In this document: piece after piece, positions 16,691-25,164 of the stretch | Numbering within the stretch: the stretch's first letter is position 1 | Layout of the letters: each line of letters begins with the position of its first letter | DNA from: an uncultured Clostridia bacterium | GTDB lineage: Bacteria > Bacillota > Clostridia > Christensenellales > UBA1242 | Length of the DNA stretch: 64,000 nt | Assembly (NCBI GenBank): GCA_947624105.1 | Contig: CANQIX010000001.1 | Location: 1,866-65,865, forward strand | Direction: 5' to 3' | Program-made: the position numbers and the translations under genes | The notes under the pieces: model-generated | The model's input: only the letters and a program-made list of their open reading frames with translations | Databases searched by the model: none | Told to the model about the DNA's origin: nothing

Positions 16691-17371
16691 CTATAATGTG
16701 TAACCAACTTTTACACCAGGTCCCATTGTTGAGGCTAAACTTACGTTTCTTATATATTGTCCTTTTGCGGCTGCTGGCTTAGCCTTTACTAATGCTTCCA
16801 TAATTGTGTTGAAATTTTCTAAGAGTTTTTCTTTTCCAAAACTCTTCTTTCCAATGATAACGTGCACATTGTTTGTTTTGTCAAGACGATATTCAACCTT
16901 TCCGGCTTTTACATCTTTAACGGCCTTTGTTACATCAGGTGTAACAGTTCCGCTCTTTGGGTTTGGCATCAATCCTTTTGGTCCTAAGATCTTTGCGATA
17001 CGTCCAACAACGCCCATCATATCTGGAGTTGTGATACATACATCAAAATCTAACCAACCACCATTGATTTTTGTTACCATTTCTTCTGCGCCAACATAGT
17101 CTGCTCCTGCTTTTGTTGCTTCGTCAGCCTTGTCGCCACGTGCGATAACCAAAACTTTAACAGTTTTACCTGTTCCGTTTGGCAATACCACAACGCCACG
17201 AACCTGTTGGTCTGCGTTACGTCCATCAACACCAAGTTTTACGTGAACTTCGATTGTTTCGTCAAACTTAGCAGTTGCGGTCTCTAAAACTTTTTCAATT
17301 GCTTCGCCTGCGCTGTATGACTTTTGTTTGTCAAAAGTTTCAAGGCTCTTTGTATATCTTTTACCTTTCAT
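16691..17371 (-). CDS. rplA: 50S ribosomal protein L1
   Basis: 226-aa ORF. The translation is typical L1 (…[18 protein letters not shown]…GKTVKVLV…) and the gene directly follows rplK. Confidence 0.95.
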   Translation of the reverse strand: MKGKRYTKSLETFDKQKSYSAGEAIEKVLETATAKFDETIEVHVKLGVDGRNADQQVRGVVVLPNGTGKTVKVLVIARGDKADEATKAGADYVGAEEMVTKINGGWLDFDVCITTPDMMGVVGRIAKILGPKGLMPNPKSGTVTPDVTKAVKDVKAGKVEYRLDKTNNVHVIIGKKSFGKEKLLENFNTIMEALVKAKPAAAKGQYIRNVSLASTMGPGVKVGYTL

Positions 17372-17382
17372 TTTTGCCTCCC

Positions 17383-17808
17383 TTAGTCTACAACTTCAAC
17401 GCCCATACTTCTTGCAGCACCAGCGATCATGCTCATAGCACTTTCGATTGATGTGCAGTTAAGGTCTGGCATCTTTGTTTCAGCAATTTTTCTAATTTGC
17501 TCTTTAGTGATTTTTCCGACTTTTTGTTTGTTTGGTTTTCCTGATGCAGTTTCAATTCCTATTGCTTTTTTAATAAGCACTGCTGCAGGTGGAGTTTTCA
17601 TTACAAATGTAAAACTTCTATCTTCATAGATAGTGATTACAACTGGAATGATCATTCCTTCTTGAGAAGCGGTCTTCTCGTTAAATTCTTTGGTAAAACC
17701 AGCGATGTTGATCCCGTGAGGTCCAAGTGAAGAACCTACTGGTGGTCCTGGAGTGGCTTTACCTGCTGGAAGTTGTAACTTCACAACTGATTTGATTTTC
17801 TTTGCCAT
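17383..17808 (-). CDS. rplK: 50S ribosomal protein L11
   Basis: 141-aa ORF with [25 protein letters not shown], the canonical L11 N-terminal motif. Confidence 0.95.
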   Translation of the reverse strand: MAKKIKSVVKLQLPAGKATPGPPVGSSLGPHGINIAGFTKEFNEKTASQEGMIIPVVITIYEDRSFTFVMKTPPAAVLIKKAIGIETASGKPNKQKVGKITKEQIRKIAETKMPDLNCTSIESAMSMIAGAARSMGVEVVD

Positions 17809-17920
17809 TTTTAACCTCCTGTGTGGTGCGAACTAGGCAAATGTGTTCTCCCACAAATTCTCTGTCAGTTTAATGTCGTAACGGACAATATAACATCACG
17901 CGCACGTGCGTATATCATAC

Positions 17921-18460
17921 TTAATTGTTCACTGTGTATTTGTGAACCTGCTCGAATGAAAGTTCAACTTTGTTTTCTCTTCCAAACATTTCAACCGAAA
18001 CTGTAAGTTGGTCAGCCTCTGGATTTAGCGAAACAACTGTTCCTGTCATCTTGTCAAGTGGCCCATCAATAATTTCAACTGTGTCGCCAACTTCAATGTC
18101 AGTTTCAACCTTAATCTTTTCAAGTCTTTGTCTTATAACTTCATCGTCTTCAAGTGGAAGTGGACGTCCTTTTGGACCAACAAATCCGGTAACTCCACGA
18201 GTTCTCGTGATGTTATGCCACAAATCGTCTCCATAAATCATCTTTATATAGATGTAGCAAGGCATACTCTTTCTTGTAACAAGTTTCTTTTTCCCGTTCT
18301 TTTCTTCGATAACAGTTTCCTCTGGAATAACTATATCAAATATTCTGTCTTGCAGATTGAATTTTTCTATAACGTTTTCAAGGTTCTCCTTAGCAACATT
18401 TTCATATCCTGAGAATGTGTGAAGAACATACCATTTTGGTTCTTTTGAATGTTCTATCAT
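17921..18460 (-). CDS. nusG: transcription termination/antitermination factor NusG
   Basis: 179-aa ORF. NGN domain start (WYVLHTFSGYENVAKENLE) and KOW motif (GDTVEIIDGPLDKMTGTV). Lies in secE-nusG-rplK synteny. Confidence 0.95.
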   Translation of the reverse strand: MIEHSKEPKWYVLHTFSGYENVAKENLENVIEKFNLQDRIFDIVIPEETVIEEKNGKKKLVTRKSMPCYIYIKMIYGDDLWHNITRTRGVTGFVGPKGRPLPLEDDEVIRQRLEKIKVETDIEVGDTVEIIDGPLDKMTGTVVSLNPEADQLTVSVEMFGRENKVELSFEQVHKYTVNN

Positions 18461-18471
18461 AAAAACTCCTT

Positions 18472-18837
18472 TTAACCTACAAGCAAGGAACTAAGAAATC
18501 CAACAAGAGTGTCAATTCCGTAAATCAAAATTCCAAAGATAATAACAAAAGCAATAACAACGCCTGTCTTTTTTACGACATCTCCAAATGAAGCCCAAGT
18601 AACCTTTTTAAGTTCGCTCATAGTTTCTTTGGTTTTCTTCACAAGGCCCTTTTTGTTTGGATCTTTTTTCTTCTTATCCTTCTTAGCCTTGTTTTTATCA
18701 TCTTTCTTTTTGTCGTCTTTCTTGTTGTCTGTATCTTTAGTCTTAACTACACCACCAGCAATTTCAGCCTGTTTGTCAAGTTCTTCCGTCTTAACTTCTT
18801 CTGCAGTGTTTGGGGTATTCTTTTTAGACTTTGACAT
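18472..18837 (-). CDS. secE: preprotein translocase subunit SecE with ~60-aa Lys/Asp-rich N-terminal extension
   Basis: The C-terminal 55 aa (…ELKKVTWASFGDVVKKTGVVIAFVIIFGILIYGIDTLVGFL…) is a typical single-helix SecE. GGAGGG SD precedes ATG 18837. Position between rpmG and nusG. Confidence 0.85.
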   Translation of the reverse strand: MSKSKKNTPNTAEEVKTEELDKQAEIAGGVVKTKDTDNKKDDKKKDDKNKAKKDKKKKDPNKKGLVKKTKETMSELKKVTWASFGDVVKKTGVVIAFVIIFGILIYGIDTLVGFLSSLLVG

Positions 18838-18850
18838 AATCCCTCCAAAA

Positions 18851-19012
18851 TTACTTTGTTTCTTTATGAGTAGTTCTCTTATTGCATTTTTTGCAATATT
18901 TCTTTGTTTCTATTCTTTCTGGATTTGAAGTTGTGTTCTTTTCAGTAGAATAGTTTCTATTCTTGCATTCTGTGCATTCAAGTGTAATAATCTTGCGTTT
19001 TGGTGCAGCCAT
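18851..19012 (-). CDS. rpmG: 50S ribosomal protein L33 (below the ORF-track size cut-off)
   Basis: My own translation: [53 protein letters not shown] (53 aa). It has the CxxC…CxxC zinc ribbon typical of L33. AGGAGA lies 8 nt upstream of the ATG, and the gene is just upstream of secE. Confidence 0.9.
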   Translation of the reverse strand: MAAPKRKIITLECTECKNRNYSTEKNTTSNPERIETKKYCKKCNKRTTHKETK

Positions 19013-19062
19013 CTTTTTTATCTCCTAACAAAAAACTAACACCTGTAAAAAGTGTCATTGTA

Positions 19063-19091
19063 ATAATACCATACACCCGTCTATAAGTCAA
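19063..19091 (-). promoter_or_regulatory. candidate sigma-A promoter of the rpmG-secE-nusG-rplKA unit
   Basis: Minus strand: TTGACT (19086-19091), 17 nt, TGgTATTAT (TATTAT 19063-19068). About 50 nt upstream of rpmG. Confidence 0.5.
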
Positions 19092-19236
19092 GCATTTTAT
19101 TTAAAAATAGCAAAATATTTTAGGGCGTAAAAATACGATAATATAAGACATTTTGATGTTTTGTGTATCACCTTTTTGACAGCGCTAAAAAATGTTAAAG
19201 TTTTCAAAAAATTCGCTTAAAATGGCAAAAAATAAT

Positions 19237-19266
19237 AAAAAAATGGCAAAATTTGCCATTTTTTCT
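19237..19266 (-). terminator. rho-independent terminator after the 288-aa gene
   Basis: AATGGCAAA / TTTGCCATT inverted repeat (19242-19260) flanked by A- and T-runs, 11 nt past the stop at 19277. Confidence 0.65.
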
Positions 19267-19276
19267 AAAATTTTGA

Positions 19277-20143
19277 TTAAAGTGATACGCCGTCTTGATT
19301 TTGCTTAGCAAGTTCTCTTGCTTCTTTGTCGTCAAGTTTCTTCTCGTTCTTCTTGAATAATTTACGTTCAAGTTTTTCGTCTTCTTTGATTTCTTCCATT
19401 GTTTCTCTTCTTGCATTTACTGCTTCTCTAAGAGTGGAAATCTTGCCTTTTACATTTCCAACGTTAACTTGAATAACAACTCTTGATTCAGAAACATCAC
19501 TTAAAAGTGGGTCGCCACTTATTCCATATCTAATTTCTGCAGAAAGTAGTTTTTCATATTCTTTTGGATCATCAGCGTTCTTCTTGTCATACTTAACTGC
19601 GCCGGTGTCAGAAATCTTTACTTGGATTGTGTCGAATGATCTTAAAGTTTTTCTAACTTCTTCTTTTATCTCTTCGTCATAGGTCTTTAATGCTGCTTGA
19701 AGGTTTGGATCTGACAAATCGGTAAATGTTGAGCAATCAACTTTGTGATTTGCAAGCACCTTTTTTCTTTCCTTTACAACTATTGCACGAGCAAATTCGT
19801 CGAGGAAGGTTTCAGCATCTTGCTTAAAGCCGTGTCTACGCAAAGTTGAAACTGGCATTCTTACAGAGTAGTGAACTGGCTCTGTGATAACCTCTTTCTG
19901 TCTTTTTCTTTCCACAGTAACTGGTTCTACAACAAATTGAGATTTGTTTCCTGCTCTAAGGTCTTTAAGCATTGCAATCTGTGGCAAGTTGAAATAATCT
20001 TTTCTTTCAACAACAGAAGTTGCATCAACTGGATATCTTAAAGAGTAAGTTCTTGGTTCGTCTTTAAAATCGTCGATAGTAACTGTTGAATATTTTTTCT
20101 CCAAAGATTTTGCTACTTTTCTTATTAAAGCATCTCTTTCCAT
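19277..20143 (-). CDS. hypothetical 288-aa cytoplasmic protein with highly charged C-terminal helix
   Basis: ORF with GGAGG SD 7 nt upstream of ATG 20143. It has its own promoter and terminator. No signal peptide and no family recognised. C-terminus: …RRETMEEIKEDEKLERKLFKKNEKKLDDKEARELAKQ…. Confidence 0.7.
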   Translation of the reverse strand: MERDALIRKVAKSLEKKYSTVTIDDFKDEPRTYSLRYPVDATSVVERKDYFNLPQIAMLKDLRAGNKSQFVVEPVTVERKRQKEVITEPVHYSVRMPVSTLRRHGFKQDAETFLDEFARAIVVKERKKVLANHKVDCSTFTDLSDPNLQAALKTYDEEIKEEVRKTLRSFDTIQVKISDTGAVKYDKKNADDPKEYEKLLSAEIRYGISGDPLLSDVSESRVVIQVNVGNVKGKISTLREAVNARRETMEEIKEDEKLERKLFKKNEKKLDDKEARELAKQNQDGVSL

Positions 20144-20172
20144 AATTTTTCCTCCATCTATAATCTAATGCA

Positions 20173-20201
20173 AGTATAATCCAAAATCAACTTTTTGTCA
20201 A
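20173..20201 (-). promoter_or_regulatory. candidate sigma-A promoter of the 288-aa gene
   Basis: Minus strand: TTGACA (20196-20201), 17 nt, TATACT (20173-20178). Confidence 0.5.
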
Positions 20202-20261
20202 TATCAAAACTTAAAATTGTTGCTGTTTTATGCGATATTTTTGCGTTTTTACATACAAAAA

Positions 20262-20289
20262 TAAAAAAATGCAACACGGGGCTGCATTT
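20262..20289 (-). terminator. rho-independent terminator after the HicB-like gene
   Basis: Minus-strand RNA AAAUGCAGCCCCGUGUUGCAUUUUUUUAU: an AAAUGCA/UGCAUUU stem followed by a U-run. It overlaps the stop codon at 20289-20291. Confidence 0.6.
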
Positions 20290-20564
20290 TATTTTTCCAT
20301 AATAACTTCTGCATCAACAAGCATAACTCTTTCGTTGCTTTTGCACTTTGGAGCAAGTTTTTCTAATTTGGTTGGCTTGTTGTATTCTGATTCATATTTA
20401 AGTGCATAAGACATATAAACTCTTAACAAATCTTTTGCATAAAGGTAGGCGTCTGACAAGTTTTTCCCATCTGTGTAAATATCTAAGTCTGGAAAAATAA
20501 CCTGATAAGAATCGTCCTCATCTCTCACAAAAATTGCTGGGTAAACAAACAAATATTTCTTCAT
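20289..20564 (-). CDS. HicB-like (UPF0150) antitoxin-fold protein, stand-alone, no DNA-binding tail
   Basis: 91-aa ORF with GGAGATAAT SD. The N-terminus YPAIFVRDEDDSYQVIFPDLDIYTDGKNLSDAYLYAKDLL matches the [YF]-P-[AV]-x-[FI]-x(3)-[DE]-x(2)-Y-x-[VA]-x-[FV]-P-D-[LF] pattern of HicB N-terminal domains. Confidence 0.65.
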   Translation of the reverse strand: MKKYLFVYPAIFVRDEDDSYQVIFPDLDIYTDGKNLSDAYLYAKDLLRVYMSYALKYESEYNKPTKLEKLAPKCKSNERVMLVDAEVIMEK

Positions 20565-20743
20565 ATTATCTCCGCGTGAAAAAGATTTTTAAAAGATTTA
20601 TATAATTATATTATCACAACAGATTTCAAAAACAAAACAAAATTAAAAAAAATATTGCAAAAATGCAACATTTTTTAAGGTTTTTATATCTTTTTTAACA
20701 AATTTACAAACTATCACAAAACTGCAAGCAAGACATAGTGCTA

Positions 20744-20899
20744 TTAAAGTGTATACTCGCTGCGGTGCTTTTCCATACTCTTAAAATGATTTTCAATATA
20801 TTCATTAACAGATTTCTGTTTCACATCAATACCTTTGAATTCTCCAGCCTCTGTTACTATTGTGTCAAATTTTTCATAGTTGCCAATTTTCGTTGTCAT
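20744..20899 (-). CDS. small hypothetical protein (51 aa), not in the ORF track
   Basis: My own translation: MTTKIGNYEKFDTIVTEAGEFKGIDVKQKSVNEYIENHFKSMEKHRSEYTL. A strong SD (GGAGGTGAAAT) sits directly 5' of ATG 20899. A weak hairpin plus U-run follows at about 20655-20685. Confidence 0.45.
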   Translation of the reverse strand: MTTKIGNYEKFDTIVTEAGEFKGIDVKQKSVNEYIENHFKSMEKHRSEYTL

Positions 20900-21012
20900 A
20901 TTTCACCTCCGTGCTTTATGATACCCATATCATATCACAAAACTTTTGATTTGTAAATACTTTTTTGAAAAATTTTTTGAGATTTTTCCGCCACGTATTT
21001 AGGGGCGTTTAA

Positions 21013-22788
21013 TTACATTTTGTCAACCGTATCAATCCCCAAAACATAGAGGGCATTTGAAAGAACTCTCTTAACAAGAGAACAAACTGCAAGAAGAGAA
21101 TCACGTTTCTTATCGTCTTCCTCGCTTAGAATCTTGTGGTTGTTATAGAGTGTTGAAAATGCTTTTGCAAGGTCAAACGCTGATGAGCAAAGTAGGTTCA
21201 AAGAGTAGTCTTTATAGCAAACTGCATACGCTGAGTTTAACTTCATAACAGCATACACAATATCTCTAATTTCGCTGCTATATATGTTTATCTCCTTCCC
21301 TTCGTTTTGTGCTTTACTTAATATCGAGTTGATGCGCGCAATAGTATATTGAATGTATGGCCCAGTCTTTCCGTCAAACGACAAAAACTTGTCTAAGTCA
21401 AACACATAGTCTTTTGAAACGATGTTGGATAGATCGCCAAACTTCATAGCGCCCACCCCGATTCGTCTTGCAACTTCAAAGTTGTTTTCGATTCCGTTTG
21501 ATTTCAACTTTTCTGCCGCCTTTGAAACAAGCATATCGATAACTTCGCTAAGCCTTACCACTCCGCCACTTCTTGTTTTAAATGGCTTGCCGTCTTTGCC
21601 GTTCATCGTTCCAAACGCTATGTAGGTCAACTTTTGATTTTCCGGAGAGATGCCGGCAAGTTTTGAACATCTAAACACCTGAGTAAAGTGCTGTTCCTGA
21701 CGGTTGTCTACAATATAGATTATCTCATCATACTTGTCCATCTTGTTGCGCATTGCGATTGTTGCAATGTCGGTTGTTGCATAAAGCACAGCGCCATTAT
21801 ACTTTTTGATAATGGCTGGTGGCATTGGATTTTTGTAACGTTGTTCTTCGTCTTCGCTCTTCTTTGGTATTGGAATATGCTCTCCCTCGCGCGCAATGTC
21901 AACAACAAGTGCCCCCTCACTTTCTCGCGTGAGTCCTTTGTCGATAAAAAGTTGTATCGTTGGCTCGATATACTCATCGGCATCGCTTTCGCCATACCAA
22001 TAGTCAAAAGTGGCATTGAGTGTGGCATAGTTTTTCTTTATCTCTTCAACGGAGAGATGTCTTATCTTCTTATAGATTGTATAATAAGGTTCTTTTTTCT
22101 GTTGAATATAAAGAGTAAAGTCGTCTGCCTGCTTTTTAAATTCTTCGTCGACGTCTTTGCGTGAACTTGCCTTTGGATATTCCTCATTTAGTGTTTCAAG
22201 GGTGATGTTTTTAAGTTCGATTGCGTCTAACTTTGCTCCAGCCTTAAAAAACTCGTCAAGATAGCCATCAAGTTTAAGTTGCAGAATCGTAAGCCCCATT
22301 TGAAGTCCCCAATCGCCTAAGTGCGTGTCTGCAACAACGCTATCTCCCATAAAACGATATAAGCGCTTAAGCGCCTCGCCGATGATTGGAGAACGCAGAT
22401 GTCCAACGTGCAACGCCTTTGCAACGTTTGCTCCGCCGTAGTCCATAATGATATTTCTTGGAGATGCCACCTTTTCAACGCCAAAATCTTTGTCCTTTAA
22501 AACGTAGTTTGCATAGTTTGCAAGCACACCGTCCGAAACTTTTACGTTGATAAATCCTGGCATCGCAACCGAAAATTCAAATCCGTCAACCTTTAACTTG
22601 TCCACAATCTCTTGTGCAAAGTCGAAAGGTTTTTTGTTATATTCTTTTGCCGTGGTCATTGCGTAGTTTGTTTGAAAATCGCAAAGCAAAGGAACATTAG
22701 AAAAAGATACGACAAGCCTGTCGGTGTTGTAGCCTAGTTTTTTTGCAACTTTTTCTATCTCGTCTTTTAGTATTGCTCTTAAATCCAT
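21013..22788 (-). CDS. argS: arginyl-tRNA synthetase
   Basis: 591-aa ORF. Class I HIGH-type motif (ANVAKALHVGHLRS), a KMSKS-region equivalent (GKPFKTRSGG) and a DALR-type anticodon-binding C-terminus. The start is 2 nt after the recR stop. Confidence 0.95.
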   Translation of the reverse strand: MDLRAILKDEIEKVAKKLGYNTDRLVVSFSNVPLLCDFQTNYAMTTAKEYNKKPFDFAQEIVDKLKVDGFEFSVAMPGFINVKVSDGVLANYANYVLKDKDFGVEKVASPRNIIMDYGGANVAKALHVGHLRSPIIGEALKRLYRFMGDSVVADTHLGDWGLQMGLTILQLKLDGYLDEFFKAGAKLDAIELKNITLETLNEEYPKASSRKDVDEEFKKQADDFTLYIQQKKEPYYTIYKKIRHLSVEEIKKNYATLNATFDYWYGESDADEYIEPTIQLFIDKGLTRESEGALVVDIAREGEHIPIPKKSEDEEQRYKNPMPPAIIKKYNGAVLYATTDIATIAMRNKMDKYDEIIYIVDNRQEQHFTQVFRCSKLAGISPENQKLTYIAFGTMNGKDGKPFKTRSGGVVRLSEVIDMLVSKAAEKLKSNGIENNFEVARRIGVGAMKFGDLSNIVSKDYVFDLDKFLSFDGKTGPYIQYTIARINSILSKAQNEGKEINIYSSEIRDIVYAVMKLNSAYAVCYKDYSLNLLCSSAFDLAKAFSTLYNNHKILSEEDDKKRDSLLAVCSLVKRVLSNALYVLGIDTVDKM

Positions 22789-22789
22789 C

Positions 22790-23383
22790 TTAAATCTCCT
22801 GTCGTTGCTCCATAGCCCTTTCTAATGTAACTTCATCTGCAAATTCAATATCGCTGCCCATCGCAATTCCCTGTGCAAGCCTTGTTACCTTTACGCCGAG
22901 TGGCTTTAAGAGTTTTGAAATATACATAGCAGTCGCCTCGCCCTCTACATCTGGGTTGGTTGCCATAATAACCTCTTCTACGCCGTTTTTAGACACTCTT
23001 TCAAGAAGTTCTTTTATTCGAATGTCGTTTGGTCCTCTGTTTTCAAGTGGACTTATCGTTCCAAACAGAACGTGATAAACTCCATCGTAACTTTTGATTT
23101 TTTCCATCGACACAATGTCTTTTGGCTCTTGCACAACGCAAACAAGTTTTTTGTTACGTCTTTGGCAAATTGGGCAGATTTCGTTTACGGAGTAGTTTCC
23201 ACACTCCTTGCAGAGTTTAACTTTTTCCTTTACGTCAAGTATCGCTTTTGCAAAATTTTCCGCCTTTTCCTTTCCATTTTCTATGATATAAAAAGCGTAT
23301 CTCTGCGCCGTCTTTTTGCCCACTGATGGTAGTTGACGAAAATATTCTATCAATCTCTCTATTGGTTCGTCAAATTCAGCCAT
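22790..23383 (-). CDS. recR: recombination protein RecR
   Basis: 197-aa ORF with a C4 zinc finger (CKECGNYSVNEICPICQ) and a Toprim segment (ATNPDVEGEATAMYI). Lies in dnaX-ybaB-recR synteny. Confidence 0.95.
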   Translation of the reverse strand: MAEFDEPIERLIEYFRQLPSVGKKTAQRYAFYIIENGKEKAENFAKAILDVKEKVKLCKECGNYSVNEICPICQRRNKKLVCVVQEPKDIVSMEKIKSYDGVYHVLFGTISPLENRGPNDIRIKELLERVSKNGVEEVIMATNPDVEGEATAMYISKLLKPLGVKVTRLAQGIAMGSDIEFADEVTLERAMEQRQEI

Positions 23384-23405
23384 TTTCTTTTCTCAACTTT
23401 TAATT

Positions 23406-23726
23406 TTATATAACTGCTGGAAGTTTTGCTTTTTCGTCGTCTGCAATCTTTTTTAAGCAATCGTTTGTTGCAGATAAAACAAGGTCTTCAAGCATTTCAA
23501 CATCGTCTGGGTCGACAACTTCTTTTTTGATTTTAACTGACTTAACAGTTTTGTTTCCAAGCATACACACTTCAACCATACCGCCACCAACTGACGAGGT
23601 GTATTCTGTGTTGTCAATCTCCTCTCTAATGCGTTTCATATCCTCTTGCATCTTTTGTGCCTGGCGCATAAGTTGTTGCATATTGCCCATACCGCCGCCA
23701 CCAAAGCCGCCAAATCCGTATCCCAT
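23406..23726 (-). CDS. ybaB: nucleoid-associated protein YbaB/EbfC
   Basis: 106-aa ORF with [24 protein letters not shown]… and …GGGMVEV…, typical of the family. Position between dnaX and recR. Confidence 0.9.
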   Translation of the reverse strand: MGYGFGGFGGGGMGNMQQLMRQAQKMQEDMKRIREEIDNTEYTSSVGGGMVEVCMLGNKTVKSVKIKKEVVDPDDVEMLEDLVLSATNDCLKKIADDEKAKLPAVI

Positions 23727-23728
23727 AA

Positions 23729-24106
23729 TTACTCCTTTACGCTAAATTTAGTTCCAACCAAACGTTTTAGTTTTTCGATATCTCTATCCATCTTTTGGTC
23801 TTTGCTATCTTCCTTTTCAATCACAAGTTCAAGATTTAGCCCCTGCCAACGAATTGCGTTTTCAAGGTCCTTTCGTCCATCTTCAAGCAAGCAAATTAAA
23901 AAGTCATCGCTGTTTCTTATTATCAGTTTGTTGTTTTCAAGCACAACATCGCTTATATCTCCACAAGCAACGTGCAATGCGATAAGTTTGTTCTCTCGAA
24001 GATACAAAACTATCTTTCCCCACACGTTTTTTGAAGTGAGTTGTGTGCTATTTGCCTCAATTTTCAGTTTTTTTTTACGTCTTCTCCGCTTAAAGCAGTA
24101 AGGCAA
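23729..24106 (-). CDS. dnaX: C-terminal (tau-type) segment of DnaX lying in the -1 frame; not an independent gene
   Basis: This ORF overlaps the dnaX 3' end by 43 nt and has no credible start or SD of its own. From L14 onward the translation ([52 protein letters not shown]…[19 protein letters not shown]) resembles the C-terminal domain of Firmicute tau. Confidence 0.65.
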   Translation of the reverse strand: MPYCFKRRRRKKKLKIEANSTQLTSKNVWGKIVLYLRENKLIALHVACGDISDVVLENNKLIIRNSDDFLICLLEDGRKDLENAIRWQGLNLELVIEKEDSKDQKMDRDIEKLKRLVGTKFSVKE

Positions 24107-25161
24107 GTTGTTTCAAGCAGCAACCTCACTGACAAGGTGTAGCGAAGTTCGTTTTCCGCACCAGAAAAGACTTGCATATACCTAATGAGGTCCTTTTGGT
24201 CAAATGCGTCTGCTTGCGCTTTGTATCTTGCATATATATCGTCTGGCAGATTCAAAATTTCGTTTGAATCGTCGCAACTTTTTGCAATCAAAAGATCTCT
24301 TGCGTGCTTTGAAATATCCTTTGCAAACACAGCAAGGTTCTTCCCTTCCTTTTCAATCTTATCGATAAGCGACAAGATTCCACCGATTTCTTTCTCTCTA
24401 AGTTTTTCAAAGAAGTCAAGCATAAGTTCAAAATCTGTCATTCCTAAGATTGAAAGAGTGTCTTCTTTGGTTATCTTTCCTTGGCAATATGCCGCGATCG
24501 AATCGGCAATTGAAAGGGTATCCCTCACACTTCCCTCGCCGGCAGTTGCAATAAGTTTTAAACTCTCTTCGTCATACGAAATGTTCTCTTTGTCAAACAC
24601 CATCTTAAGATGCTTTACAAGGGTGTTTACTGGAACTAAGTGGAAGTCAAACCGAACGCACCTAGAAAGGATTGTTTGAGGAAGTTTGTGAACTTCGGTT
24701 GTCGCTAAGATGAATATGATATGCTCTGGAGGCTCTTCCAGTGTTTTTAAAAGCGCGTTAAAAGCTGGAGTGGAAAGCATATGCACTTCGTCAATTATAT
24801 ACACCTTATATTTTACACCAACCGGAGTAAACTTAACTTTTTCTCTTATCTCTCTAACGTCATCGACGGTGTTGTTTGATGCCGCGTCCATTTCGATGAC
24901 ATTGATATCGCTCTCTTTTTGAAGTAACTTACAACTTTCACATTCATTACAAGGCGAACCGTTTTTTGGAGAGAGGCAGTTAACAGCGCGTGCAAAAATT
25001 TTTGCCACACTTGTTTTGCCCGTTCCACGTGTGCCAGTAAAAAGATATGCGTGCCCAATATGATTGTTTTGAATTTGGTTTTGAAGGGTGTGAGTGATAT
25101 GCTCTTGCCCGATAACCTCATCAAACGTTCTAGGCCTATACTTTCTGTAAAGCGACTCCAT
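24064..25161 (-). CDS. dnaX: DNA polymerase III subunit gamma/tau, 0-frame product (domains I-III, 365 aa)
   Basis: Walker A GTRGTGKTS, a zinc module (CLSPKNGSPCNECESC), LLKTLEEPPEH and the SRC motif are all present in the translation. Confidence 0.95.
   Translation of the reverse strand: MESLYRKYRPRTFDEVIGQEHITHTLQNQIQNNHIGHAYLFTGTRGTGKTSVAKIFARAVNCLSPKNGSPCNECESCKLLQKESDINVIEMDAASNNTVDDVREIREKVKFTPVGVKYKVYIIDEVHMLSTPAFNALLKTLEEPPEHIIFILATTEVHKLPQTILSRCVRFDFHLVPVNTLVKHLKMVFDKENISYDEESLKLIATAGEGSVRDTLSIADSIAAYCQGKITKEDTLSILGMTDFELMLDFFEKLREKEIGGILSLIDKIEKEGKNLAVFAKDISKHARDLLIAKSCDDSNEILNLPDDIYARYKAQADAFDQKDLIRYMQVFSGAENELRYTLSVRLLLETTCLTALSGEDVKKN
24068..24076 (-). promoter_or_regulatory. 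A9 slippery run at the dnaX frame junction (candidate recoding site or homopolymer error)
   Basis: Minus strand AGC GGA GAA GAC GUA AAA AAA AAC UGA. There are nine consecutive A, the 0-frame stop comes one codon later, and a GGAG lies 7 nt 5' of the run. Confidence 0.5.
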
Positions 25162-25164
25162 TAA

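Noticed and set aside
17901-17910. A perfect GC-rich 10-bp palindrome (CGCACGTGCG) in the nusG-rplK spacer, considered as a possible attenuator or L1-binding element.
   Set aside because: It is too short, with no loop for an RNA hairpin and no adjacent U-tract. I cannot match the spacer to the L1-binding leader by eye, and a single palindrome could occur by chance.
20744-20899. The 51-aa ORF as the missing HicA toxin.
   Set aside because: It has no G-S-H motif and no dsRBD-like pattern, and it is separated from the HicB-like gene by about 180 nt with a hairpin. It is kept only as a hypothetical small ORF.
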